NCBI GenBank assembly: GCA_033344735.1
Contig: JAWPMW010000001.1
Span: 1,182,171 to 1,246,170 of the forward strand
Origin: Gammaproteobacteria bacterium
GTDB lineage: Bacteria > Pseudomonadota > Gammaproteobacteria > UBA4575
Direction of reading: 5' to 3'
DNA length: 64,000 nt
Below are positions 21,331-30,565 of the stretch, piece by piece. Under the pieces are notes generated by a model. The model did no database searches, was not told the origin of the DNA, and saw only the letters and a program-made list of their open reading frames with translations. Both the position numbers and the translations under genes were made by a program. The first letter of the stretch is position 1. Every line of letters starts with the position of its first letter.

Positions 21331-23310
21331 ATGCTAACAGCTCAGACGCCACAACTAAACTTCAATAGTGATGGAATTCCCTGTTCCGAGTTATTTGGTG
21401 ACCCTTATTTTTCTCTCACCAACCCACTGGAAGAAAGCCAGCATGTATTTTTAAGCAGCACTAATATTGTTCAGCGCTGGAAAAATACACAATTTACAAT
21501 TGCTGAATTAGGCTTTGGCTTTGGCATAAACTTTATCACTACATTCAATGAATGGCGTGAGCATTACTCATCAGAACAACATTTACATTACATTAGTTTT
21601 GAAAGGTATCCGGTACAGCCAGCTGATCTTGCACAATGCTATAAGCAGTTAAACATTCCCTCAGCACTTACCGATTACTTATTAGAACACTACCCTCTTC
21701 CCATTAAAGGGTTTCACCGCATTGAATTCAACCAATATAAGTTAACTTTAACTCTAGTGTTTGGTGAAGCATTAGCTTGCCTTAAAGAATGTAACTTTGT
21801 TGCAGACGCTTGGTTTTTAGATGGCTTCGCACCAAGTAAAAATAAAACGCTATGGTCAAACGAAATAGCAAATCAGTTAAACAGACTCACATGTAATGGC
21901 GGAACACTTTCCACATACAGCGCTGCAAGCGAAGTTAGAAAAACATTCACTAAGGCCGGGTTTAATATCGAAAAGAAACCTGGTTATGGAAAGAAGCGAG
22001 AAATGCTGGTCGGTACGTTAATCAACAAGACTATTAGCAACAAGCACACTTTAAAAGATAAAAGCTGGTTGATTAGTCATTCAGCAATTACCAAAAATAA
22101 GCATGCGCTTGTTATTGGCGCAGGAATGACAGGTACCGCAATAAGCAGTGCATTAGCTAAACGCGGCTGGCAAGTAACCATGGTTGATAAGAACTCAACG
22201 CTAGCTAGCGAAGCATCTGGTAATGATAATGCGATTTTAATGCCGCGCTTAAGTGCTGATCATAACATTCAATCACAGCTGACACTGTTAGGTTTTCTAT
22301 ACTCTTTACATTATTTAAATAATTTAGAAAAATTTTTAAACACTTTTAGATGGCACCAATGTGGTGCTATTCAAATTCCTCGAGATGATGCTCAATGGAA
22401 AAGAATGCAATTAATCGCCTCACAAGAAAATATACCTCCAAAATTATTCCAAGCAGTCAACCAACAACAAGCAAGTGAATTAGCAAATTGCACTATTGAC
22501 CGCGATGGCTGGTATCTACCGTTAGCAGGATGGGTATCACCAATAGAGTTATGCGCAGCACTTACTGAACAATACACTGACAATATTAGCTTTCGAGCAA
22601 ATACAGAAATCTGTTCCATTGAAAAAAATGATTCACAGTGGATTGCATATAACCCAGAACAAGAAGAATGTTCTGCAGATATTGTGATCATTGCAAACGC
22701 CATGGCTGCTAATCAATTTTCTCAAACAAGCTGGTGTCAATTACATCCAAAGCGAGGACAAATTTCATTGATACCTAAAAGAGACTGCAATATTCAACCT
22801 AGTAGAATAGTCTGCGCTGATGCTTATATTACGCCGACAATCAATTCTCACTACGTCGTAGGGGCAACATTTATTACTGCAGATACTTCGACTGACATTC
22901 GACAATCCGAACATAAGGAAAACATGCTTAAGATAAGCAAGATGATCCCTAGTTATCATTTTAATGAATTACAATCTTTAGGAGGCCGTGCAGGTATTCG
23001 TGCCGTTAGTACAGATCGTTTGCCCATTGTTGGCCCAGTAGCTGATGAGGATAAATTTAACGCCATGTATCACGATGCTGCACAAGGTTCTACTCACCAC
23101 AAATATCCAACACCCCTGTATCATGAAGGCTTATACTTGGCGAGCGGATTTGGTTCACGTGGGCTAGCCTGGATTCCATTATGCACCGAGGCATTAGCCT
23201 GTTTAATCAATAATGAACCCAGCCCTCTCAGCAATGAATTACTTAATGCTATCCACCCCAACAGAATTCTGATGAAGAATCTAGTTAAACGCGTACAATC
23301 TGAATCATGA
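21331..23310 (+). CDS. mnmC: Bifunctional tRNA mnm5s2U34 biosynthesis protein (methyltransferase + FAD oxidoreductase)
   Basis: 659 aa with an N-terminal SAM-MTase domain (DAWFLDGFAP) and a C-terminal FAD-dependent oxidase domain with the GAGMTG dinucleotide motif. Confidence 0.8.
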   Translation: MLTAQTPQLNFNSDGIPCSELFGDPYFSLTNPLEESQHVFLSSTNIVQRWKNTQFTIAELGFGFGINFITTFNEWREHYSSEQHLHYISFERYPVQPADLAQCYKQLNIPSALTDYLLEHYPLPIKGFHRIEFNQYKLTLTLVFGEALACLKECNFVADAWFLDGFAPSKNKTLWSNEIANQLNRLTCNGGTLSTYSAASEVRKTFTKAGFNIEKKPGYGKKREMLVGTLINKTISNKHTLKDKSWLISHSAITKNKHALVIGAGMTGTAISSALAKRGWQVTMVDKNSTLASEASGNDNAILMPRLSADHNIQSQLTLLGFLYSLHYLNNLEKFLNTFRWHQCGAIQIPRDDAQWKRMQLIASQENIPPKLFQAVNQQQASELANCTIDRDGWYLPLAGWVSPIELCAALTEQYTDNISFRANTEICSIEKNDSQWIAYNPEQEECSADIVIIANAMAANQFSQTSWCQLHPKRGQISLIPKRDCNIQPSRIVCADAYITPTINSHYVVGATFITADTSTDIRQSEHKENMLKISKMIPSYHFNELQSLGGRAGIRAVSTDRLPIVGPVADEDKFNAMYHDAAQGSTHHKYPTPLYHEGLYLASGFGSRGLAWIPLCTEALACLINNEPSPLSNELLNAIHPNRILMKNLVKRVQSES

Positions 23311-23681
23311 AGAAAGCAATTATAATTGGTCTACTAGTTTACTTAGGCATGCACTTTGGCGACAAAGGACTTCACTTTATTTACTTTTACCTAACACATG
23401 ATTTTGCTTCTAGTAATCTGATAATGATTAAGTCTTCTTTCTTGCTCAATTTTGCCCCATTAATCGGTGGCGTAGCTGTTGGCTATTTAAGTCACAAAGG
23501 CATGCTAAATGGTTTTATTGTTGGTACTTGCGCAGGTTTAATTATTCTGGGTATTCGACAATACAACGGAATCAATCCTTTCTTTCAAGAATTTACTCCT
23601 GCAATATTATTTGATGAGGTGTTTTTAAAAGCGTGCATCTGTGCTGCAGGAGGTGCTGTTGGAGAAAAGCTAAAACGTTAG
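23307..23681 (+). CDS. Hypothetical small membrane protein
   Basis: 124 aa with 3-4 predicted hydrophobic helices. Its start overlaps the mnmC stop (ATGA). No recognisable family. Confidence 0.4.
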   Translation: MKKAIIIGLLVYLGMHFGDKGLHFIYFYLTHDFASSNLIMIKSSFLLNFAPLIGGVAVGYLSHKGMLNGFIVGTCAGLIILGIRQYNGINPFFQEFTPAILFDEVFLKACICAAGGAVGEKLKR

Positions 23682-24034
23682 TGCTGAATACTGGCTTTAT
23701 TACCGTCTTCGTCAATATTCACAAAAGTAATATTTGTTTCAAATAAGACAGTATTTGATTGCGCGCCTTCGACCGCGGAATACACTTTCACATCATAAGT
23801 CAATGACGTGTTACCCATACGTAGCTTCTCAACAGAAAATTTTAATACTGCGCCAACTTCAATGCGGTGTTTAAATTCCACATTCTCTAACGCTACGGTG
23901 ACAAACCGATTATTAGGAAAATCAACTGCTGCAGTAATGTAACCCACTTCATCAATCCATTTTAATAAATTACCGCCATATAATGTACCGTAGTGGTTTA
24001 GATGTTCGGATATTACAAATTTAAAGTGATCCAT
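23678..24034 (-). CDS. Hotdog-fold acyl-CoA thioesterase (YciA-like)
   Basis: 118 aa with the LYGGNLLKWIDEVG motif typical of the acyl-CoA thioesterase/4HBT family. Confidence 0.65.
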   Translation of the reverse strand: MDHFKFVISEHLNHYGTLYGGNLLKWIDEVGYITAAVDFPNNRFVTVALENVEFKHRIEVGAVLKFSVEKLRMGNTSLTYDVKVYSAVEGAQSNTVLFETNITFVNIDEDGNKASIQH

Positions 24035-24117
24035 TGAATTACTTTACTTTTAATAGCTCTTTAGCGGTTTATTGTAGAACTAGTCATTACTACTGAAAAG
24101 CTCTGTAAATTTTTATT

Positions 24118-25026
24118 TCATGAACTAGGTACAGGATCAAAAATCCCAGTAGAAATATAACGATCCCCACGATCACAAATAATACAAACTATCGTGGCAT
24201 TCTCAACTCTTTTAGATAATCTTAATGCAGCCAACAATGCCCCACCTGAAGAGACTCCACAAAAAATTCCTTCTTCCTTCCCAAGCTTGACTGCCATATC
24301 ATCTGCTTGTTGTCGCGATACATATTCTATTTGATCGACTTTTGATTCATCGAATATCGCTGGCTCATATTGTTTTTCCCATTTCCGAATTCCAGGAATT
24401 TGCGAACCTTCTTCAGGGTAAACACCAACAATATTAATTTCTGAATTCTGTTCTTTCAGATATTTTGACGTTCCCATGATGGTCCCTGTTGTACCCATTG
24501 AACTAACAAAATGAGTAACTTCACCATTAGTATCATTCCATATTTCAGGACCAGTGGATTTATAATGTGCCATAGAGTTGTCAGGATTTGCGAATTGATC
24601 TAGCACTATCCCCTTTCCTTCAGATTGCATTTTTAACGCTAAGTCACGCGCTCCTTCCATGCCCTCTTCGCCGGTGACGAGTACCAATTCTGCACCAAAC
24701 GCCGACATCGCTGCACGCCGTTCTATGGTCATAGTTGATGGCATGACTAAAATCATTTTATATCCCTGCACTGCCGCTGCCATAGCTAAAGCAATACCAG
24801 TATTACCGCTAGTGGCTTCAATTAATGTATCACCCGGCTTAATATCACCGCGATCTTGCGCTGCGTTAATCATATTCAAGGCAGGTCGGTCTTTTACCGA
24901 TCCCGCAGGATTGTTACCTTCAAGCTTCAATAATATTGTATTACTCGTATTAGGATTCAAATACTGCAATTTTACTAAAGGCGTGTTGCCCACAAAATCT
25001 GCAAGTGTTTTATAGTTCATTTCCAA
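24118..25026 (-). CDS. cysM: Cysteine synthase B (O-acetylserine sulfhydrylase)
   Basis: 302 aa with near-colinear similarity to E. coli CysM. Matching motifs are GNTPLVKLQ, KLEGNNPAGSVKDR (PLP lysine), SGNTGIALA, GTTGTI and GIFCGVSSGGA. Confidence 0.85.
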   Translation of the reverse strand: MEMNYKTLADFVGNTPLVKLQYLNPNTSNTILLKLEGNNPAGSVKDRPALNMINAAQDRGDIKPGDTLIEATSGNTGIALAMAAAVQGYKMILVMPSTMTIERRAAMSAFGAELVLVTGEEGMEGARDLALKMQSEGKGIVLDQFANPDNSMAHYKSTGPEIWNDTNGEVTHFVSSMGTTGTIMGTSKYLKEQNSEINIVGVYPEEGSQIPGIRKWEKQYEPAIFDESKVDQIEYVSRQQADDMAVKLGKEEGIFCGVSSGGALLAALRLSKRVENATIVCIICDRGDRYISTGIFDPVPSS

Positions 25027-25410
25027 TTATTCTTTAGCAAAAATTAGCACATGAGCAACAGCGTACGCCCTCTCATCTGCAATGGTCAATAATGAGTGTT
25101 TATTATGCATACTCAACCGCAAACAACAATCGTCCGTGAATTTTAGTAGTGGCTTACCTAAATCGTCATGTTCAACATACATATCTGTAAAACTTAACTG
25201 TTTTCCTATACCCGTTCCCAGTGCTTTTGCTGCAGCCTCTTTGACGGCAAATCGCTTCGCAACAAAGGCCTCTAAATTAGATACATTAGCTAATTCTTCT
25301 AATTCTTTTTGGTGCATTATTTTTTCTATAAATTTGTCGCCGCGTCTCTCAATAATATCTTTTATTCGCTGCACTTCGACTATATCAATTCCCGCACCTA
25401 GCAAAATCAT
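25027..25410 (-). CDS. acpS: Holo-[acyl-carrier-protein] synthase
   Basis: 127 aa starting MILLGAGIDIVEVQRI, and the pdxJ-acpS adjacency is conserved. Confidence 0.85.
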   Translation of the reverse strand: MILLGAGIDIVEVQRIKDIIERRGDKFIEKIMHQKELEELANVSNLEAFVAKRFAVKEAAAKALGTGIGKQLSFTDMYVEHDDLGKPLLKFTDDCCLRLSMHNKHSLLTIADERAYAVAHVLIFAKE

Positions 25411-26141
25411 TACGATTCACCGTCCATTGCATGACGCATGTTATGAATTGCACTTTCCAAACCTACAAATAACGAATCCGAAACAATTGCGTGTCCAATA
25501 TTTAGCTCATTCATTTTATCAATATCAGCAATCGGCTTAACGTTTCCTACATGTAAGCCATGTCCCGCATTCACTGTCAAACCAAGTTCAGCAGCATGCC
25601 TTACTGCATCTTTGATACGCTCAAATTCATGCTGCTGCTGTTGACCATGCTTATCCGCGTAATGTCCTGTATGTATCTCTATAATTGTTGCGCCTATCTC
25701 TGCCGCCACATCAATAATCAACGCATTAGGCTCAACAAACAAAGACACAAGAATATTTTCTTCTTTTAATGCTGCAATCAAATCAGTCAATCTATCTCTA
25801 TGTGCAGATACATCTAGCCCGCCTTCAGTGGTTAACTCTTCTCTTTTCTCTGGGACGATGCAGCAATATTCAGGCTTCACTTGAAGCGCAATTTTTTGCA
25901 TCTCACTTGTGGCGGCCATTTCAAAATTCATACTTGTTGTAATGACTTCACGTGCAGAATATATATCTTTATCTTGAATGTGGCGGCGATCTTCACGCAA
26001 ATGCAATGTGATGCCGTCAGCACCACAAGATTCCGAAATCTTTATTGCTTGCATAAGATCTGGATAAGGAGTATTTCTCGCTTGTCGCAAGGTTGCGACA
26101 TGATCCAAATTAACTCCAAGTTTCACTCTACTTTGAACCAA
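25410..26141 (-). CDS. pdxJ: Pyridoxine 5'-phosphate synthase
   Basis: 243 aa TIM-barrel with an N-terminal LGVNLDHVATLRQAR signature. Confidence 0.9.
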   Translation of the reverse strand: MVQSRVKLGVNLDHVATLRQARNTPYPDLMQAIKISESCGADGITLHLREDRRHIQDKDIYSAREVITTSMNFEMAATSEMQKIALQVKPEYCCIVPEKREELTTEGGLDVSAHRDRLTDLIAALKEENILVSLFVEPNALIIDVAAEIGATIIEIHTGHYADKHGQQQQHEFERIKDAVRHAAELGLTVNAGHGLHVGNVKPIADIDKMNELNIGHAIVSDSLFVGLESAIHNMRHAMDGES

Positions 26142-26882
26142 TTAATTTACCTTTAATAGTCGCCTAGTCATTAGCGGCTTCCCTTGAAGAAAATGTCTAA
26201 TTATGCCGCGAAGAAAAATTTTAGCCTCAGGCAAACTTTCAGCAGTTAAATTATTCTCTTCTATATCAGTCAATAATTTACCTGTTACCACATTCCATTG
26301 AGCTTGCTTCAGCGTTGTTTGCGTTGGTCCCAGATCTGGATCATAACGATACAATAGTTGCTTCTGTATTTCTTCATCATTGTTGTAATCATATCTAAGC
26401 TGTAATGGATGACCCATGATCGCCATCAAACGAATCTCAAAATTTCGTAGAATATACTCATCTTCAGGATTATTTATCATGCAATCTAGTGAGTATTCAT
26501 ATAAATCAAAAAGTTCTGGTGCTGGACTTAGTTTTGGAATTAACTTTAGGATTAACTCATGCAGATAGAAGCATTGCACCTGTGCGCGGAAATTACTTGT
26601 ATAACGAGAATGCTCATGCTCAATCTTTGTTAGCGAAACTAAGTCGCCACGACCTGACCACGAAAGATACATTTTTGTAAAAGGTTGTAAATTATTATTG
26701 CCTTTCTTCCTCGCGCCTCTGGACACCATATGCACAATGCCATGCTGTTCAGTAAGCGCATATATAATCATGCTCGTCTCGCGATACGGGCGACTATGCA
26801 AAACATATGATGGTTCTAGTTCTACGCGCATTAGCTCAATTACGACTCGTATTCCCCGACAATTTGCGGATTGTCTTGCCAA
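26142..26882 (-). CDS. recO: DNA repair protein RecO
   Basis: 246 aa with an N-terminal OB-fold (AYVLHSRPYRETS). It lies in the era-recO-pdxJ order. Confidence 0.8.
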   Translation of the reverse strand: MARQSANCRGIRVVIELMRVELEPSYVLHSRPYRETSMIIYALTEQHGIVHMVSRGARKKGNNNLQPFTKMYLSWSGRGDLVSLTKIEHEHSRYTSNFRAQVQCFYLHELILKLIPKLSPAPELFDLYEYSLDCMINNPEDEYILRNFEIRLMAIMGHPLQLRYDYNNDEEIQKQLLYRYDPDLGPTQTTLKQAQWNVVTGKLLTDIEENNLTAESLPEAKIFLRGIIRHFLQGKPLMTRRLLKVN

Positions 26883-27721
26883 TCCTTTTTCAATTTAACC
26901 CACAATTCCAAGTGTACTTTTGAATCAATTTGCTTTTGAATCTCGCTGCGTGCTCGAGACCCGATTTTTTTTAGCATCTCTCCTTTACGACCTATGAGTA
27001 TTGCTTTTTGACCATCTTTCTCTATCCAAATAACCGCAGATATATTCACGTACTCATTTTGGTTTTCATATTTTTCAATCTCAATATGGGTTGCATAAGG
27101 TAATTCTTTTTCCAAATACATAAACGCTGCTTCTCTTATCGTTTCCGAAACAATAAACTTTTGATCGCGGTCAGTTAAGTATTCCTCAGGGTAATAAAAT
27201 TCAGATTCCGGCAAATATCGCTTACCAGTTTCTACCAAATCATTAATATTATCTTGTTTTATTGCAGAAATCGGGATCATCTCTGCAAATGAGAATTTAA
27301 GCGATAGATTCTGCAATATTACCAACAAATCATCACGACGCTCTAATTTATCAATCTTATTTACTACCAAAATCACAGGACAGTCGATTTTCTCAAGCGA
27401 CCTTTTTATATGATCTTCTTCTTGTGTCCACTGCCCTCGATCTATTAACCAGAATATCAAATGCACATCATGTAATACATTTAGAGCATTTTTATTTAAC
27501 ACTCGATTCAGCAAACGCCTACCGCCAAGATGAATCCCAGGTGTATCGAGAAAAATAAACTGCGAATCTGAGTCTGTTCTTACCCCCACAATACGATGTC
27601 GTGTCGTTTGCGGTCTATAACTCATAGAAGATATTTTCTGCCCAACCAAACAATTAAATAATGTCGACTTCCCTGAATTTGGACGCCCTATAATTGCCAC
27701 ATATCCACAGCGTGCATCCAT
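26840..27721 (-). CDS. era: GTPase Era
   Basis: 293 aa with G1 GRPNSGKST, DTPG and NKID motifs and a C-terminal KH domain. Its 3' end overlaps the recO start by 43 nt. Confidence 0.9.
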   Translation of the reverse strand: MDARCGYVAIIGRPNSGKSTLFNCLVGQKISSMSYRPQTTRHRIVGVRTDSDSQFIFLDTPGIHLGGRRLLNRVLNKNALNVLHDVHLIFWLIDRGQWTQEEDHIKRSLEKIDCPVILVVNKIDKLERRDDLLVILQNLSLKFSFAEMIPISAIKQDNINDLVETGKRYLPESEFYYPEEYLTDRDQKFIVSETIREAAFMYLEKELPYATHIEIEKYENQNEYVNISAVIWIEKDGQKAILIGRKGEMLKKIGSRARSEIQKQIDSKVHLELWVKLKKDWQDNPQIVGEYES

Positions 27722-27727
27722 ATTATT

Positions 27728-28390
27728 TTATTTCTTTAGCAAAGACTGAAGCAATTTACTAGCCGCTAACTGTTCAGCCTTTTTTTTACTCTTCTCTTCA
27801 CCCTCAGAACTTACATTTAACTCTTTAATAAAACACTTAACACTAAATCGCTTATTATTTCCTTCGCCCCATTCATTGAGCAACATATAACTTGGCACAT
27901 CAATTTGCCTTGATTGCAGATATTCTTGTAAACGTGTCTTTGGATCTTTGAGTTCATCAATATCAGGAAGTTCTTCTAAAGATTTTTCATACAATGACTT
28001 TATAAATTCTGAAGTAAAGTTAAACCCCTTGAGCAAATATACCGCTCCTATTATTGCCTCTAAACAATCCGCTAAAATAGAAGCTCGAAAATGGCCACCG
28101 CTCTTTTTCTCACCTGCACCCAACCTTAATACTTCACTTAATTTTGCCTCTTTCGCTAATGCAGCGAGGGCTCGCTTACATACTAAGTGAGCACGTAGAC
28201 GACTAAGATCACCTTCATCACAGTTAGGGAACTTTTTAAATAGGATGTTGGCGATCACCAATCCTAAAACCGCATCACCCAGAAACTCTAAGCGCTCATT
28301 ATTATCTTTGCTCGCACTACGATGGGTAAGCGCAGAATTAAACAACTTAGATGTTGTTATCTCTTTAGGTAATTGCTGAAAACACTCCAC
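27728..28390 (-). CDS. rnc: Ribonuclease III
   Basis: 220 aa with the RNase III signature ERLEFLGDAVL and a C-terminal dsRBD. Confidence 0.9.
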   Translation of the reverse strand: MECFQQLPKEITTSKLFNSALTHRSASKDNNERLEFLGDAVLGLVIANILFKKFPNCDEGDLSRLRAHLVCKRALAALAKEAKLSEVLRLGAGEKKSGGHFRASILADCLEAIIGAVYLLKGFNFTSEFIKSLYEKSLEELPDIDELKDPKTRLQEYLQSRQIDVPSYMLLNEWGEGNNKRFSVKCFIKELNVSSEGEEKSKKKAEQLAASKLLQSLLKK

Positions 28391-28407
28391 TACAGGAATA
28401 AAATTAA

Positions 28408-28869
28408 TTACTTTTGTAAGGGGTCAATACTACGAATATAGTCAAAGCTAATTAGAAAATCGATATTAGCAATCATAGGAATTCGTTTTTCGTAATTCAC
28501 TCCAACTTCTGTACTTTTCTTTGCTGTTTTAAAATAAAAAGGATCTTTTTTAGATTTATCACAGCCATCACGACTTGGTGTAAGACCATCGATATCCACA
28601 TAGTTGATATTAAGTCTCCTTCTCATCAAATCCATATATTGAGCCTTACTAATTTGCCGAGTTTGCATTTCATCAGCTAGCCCATCTACAGCGGATTTTA
28701 TTGAGAAATACTCCATATACACTGGAGTAATTTTTAGCCCAATAAATATTGCATAACCAAATAACCCAATAATCACTATCAATACGATAGTCGACATGCC
28801 ATTTTGTTTGTTAGTCAATTTCACAACAGTCACCTCACTTAATTTTCTTTCCAATGCGTCTGAAGTCAA
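28408..28869 (-). CDS. Small membrane-anchored protein (DUF4845-like) between lepB and rnc
   Basis: 153 aa with one N-terminal TM helix. Its 5' end overlaps lepB by 35 nt, so the true start may be the internal Met (MSTIVLIV..., ~28797). Confidence 0.4.
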   Translation of the reverse strand: MTSDALERKLSEVTVVKLTNKQNGMSTIVLIVIIGLFGYAIFIGLKITPVYMEYFSIKSAVDGLADEMQTRQISKAQYMDLMRRRLNINYVDIDGLTPSRDGCDKSKKDPFYFKTAKKSTEVGVNYEKRIPMIANIDFLISFDYIRSIDPLQK

Positions 28870-29668
28870 ATTGACCTTCAGAAATATCCCAGTTCATCCA
28901 TATCATGAACGCCTTACCCACTAAATTTTGTTCAGGCACCATACCCCACACACGACTATCATTACTATTATCTCGATTATCACCCATTACAAAATAATGG
29001 CCATCTGGAATCGTCCAAGCGCTGTCTATTGATAGCCTTCTTTCATTAATTAACACATCATGCTTGATAGTATTTAGATTTTCCTGTTTTTTCTCAGATC
29101 CAGACATCACACTGTCTCGACCTTTTCCAATATATATTCCCAGATCGACTTGCTTCATAGCCTCACCATTGACATAAACTGTTTTGTCTCGATACTCCAA
29201 CCGGTCACCTGGCAAACCAATTACTCTTTTAATGTAGTCTAGAGAAGGGTTTTTTGGATACCTGAATACAATAACTTCGCCTCTTTGTGGTAAATTATTT
29301 GCCAATACTTTATTGTGAAGAACGGGTAAGCGTAATCCGTAAGTAAATTTATTTACTAATATAAAATCCCCATGAAGCAGAGTTGGCATCATTGAACCAG
29401 AAGGAATTCGGAATGGTTCAGCTATAAATGACCGTAGAATTAGAACTATTAGAAGTACTGGAAAAAAAGAGCGGGAGTAATCAATATACCAAGGCTCTTT
29501 GTATTCACGTTTAACATTAGAACTAACGCCTTCTACGAACTTTGCATCGTAAGTCTCGTTCAAAATGCGCTTGCGACGCTTTTCTGCAAACACCAACTTA
29601 TCTAACAACACTACTAATCCAGTGATCAACGTGCCAATCACTAATATCAGCTCTAAATTAACATTCAT
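28835..29668 (-). CDS. lepB: Signal peptidase I
   Basis: S26 family motifs GSMMPTL (Ser nucleophile), YIKRVIGLPGD (Lys general base) and GDNRDNSNDSR. The track ORF extends to 29731, but the LepB-like N-terminus begins at MNVNLELILVIG (~29668). Confidence 0.8.
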   Translation of the reverse strand: MNVNLELILVIGTLITGLVVLLDKLVFAEKRRKRILNETYDAKFVEGVSSNVKREYKEPWYIDYSRSFFPVLLIVLILRSFIAEPFRIPSGSMMPTLLHGDFILVNKFTYGLRLPVLHNKVLANNLPQRGEVIVFRYPKNPSLDYIKRVIGLPGDRLEYRDKTVYVNGEAMKQVDLGIYIGKGRDSVMSGSEKKQENLNTIKHDVLINERRLSIDSAWTIPDGHYFVMGDNRDNSNDSRVWGMVPEQNLVGKAFMIWMNWDISEGQFDFRRIGKKIK

Positions 29669-29808
29669 AGTATGAAAAACAGTTAAAGGATTAAAATAAT
29701 TTTGAATACTACTAGGATACAGCGGCATCACACATACCGAAACCTCTATACGGCAATCTTTTAGCGCCCACTGTCTAGAGAATAATCTTGTAAAGAGTGA
29801 TTTGCCTA

Positions 29809-29885
29809 TGGTCGGGGTGAAAGGATTTGAACCTTCGACCCCCGCAACCCCATTGCGGTGCGCTACCAGGCTGCGCTACACCCCG
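29809..29885 (-). tRNA. tRNA-Pro (anticodon GGG)
   Basis: Manual fold gives CGGGGTG acceptor / GCGC D-stem / CCGCA-ATGGGGT-TGCGG anticodon arm / GAAGG-TTCAAAT-CCTTT T-arm, discriminator A and an encoded CCA. Confidence 0.85.
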
Positions 29886-29921
29886 AATTTCATATATAGT
29901 TTATACAAAAAACTAGCGCAG

Positions 29922-30281
29922 CTAGCGAGTAAGAAACTGCAGAAGGTCTTCTAATTCAGCGCGAGTTTGTTGGATTACTTGCAGAGAGTCTGAACTTGGT
30001 TCTTCAGCTTCATCAGGCACGGCTAATTTCTGTCTTGCTCCACCAATTGTATAGCCTTGCTCGTAAAGCAAACTACGAATTTGACGAATCAGGATTACAT
30101 CGTGACGTTGATAATATCGGCGGTTACCGCGTCTTTTAACAGGCTTAAGTGTTGGGAATTCTTGCTCCCAGTAACGTAAAACATGTGGTTTTACATCACA
30201 TAGCTCACTCACCTCACCAATTGTAAAATAACGCTTGGTGGGGATTGCAGGCAATTCGCTATTATTGCTGGCTTCCAGCAT
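29922..30281 (-). CDS. MerR-family transcriptional regulator
   Basis: 119 aa with an N-terminal helix-turn-helix ([25 protein letters not shown]). The ihfA-MerR-tRNA-Pro arrangement is conserved in Pseudomonas-like genomes. Confidence 0.7.
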   Translation of the reverse strand: MLEASNNSELPAIPTKRYFTIGEVSELCDVKPHVLRYWEQEFPTLKPVKRRGNRRYYQRHDVILIRQIRSLLYEQGYTIGGARQKLAVPDEAEEPSSDSLQVIQQTRAELEDLLQFLTR

Positions 30282-30561
30282 ATTCTTCTACCCTTGATTT
30301 TAGTTTTTGCCCAGGACGGAATGTCACCACTCGCCGAGCCGTTATGGGTATTTCCTCTCCAGTCTTCGGATTTCGACCAGGACGCTGGCTTTTATCTCGA
30401 AGTATAAAATTTCCGAAACCGGATAATTTAACTTCTTCGCCTTCCTCCAGCGCTAATCGAACTTCTTCAAAGAACACTTCTACCAATTCCTTGGCTTCTC
30501 TTTTATTAAGGCCGAGTTCCTCAAATAAATTCTCAGCCATATTTGCTTTAGTTAATGCCAT
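30262..30561 (-). CDS. ihfA: Integration host factor alpha subunit
   Basis: 99 aa starting MALTKA..., with the signature DNA-binding arm [27 protein letters not shown]. It lies downstream of pheT. Confidence 0.9.
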   Translation of the reverse strand: MALTKANMAENLFEELGLNKREAKELVEVFFEEVRLALEEGEEVKLSGFGNFILRDKSQRPGRNPKTGEEIPITARRVVTFRPGQKLKSRVEEYAGSQQ

Positions 30562-30565
30562 AGTC

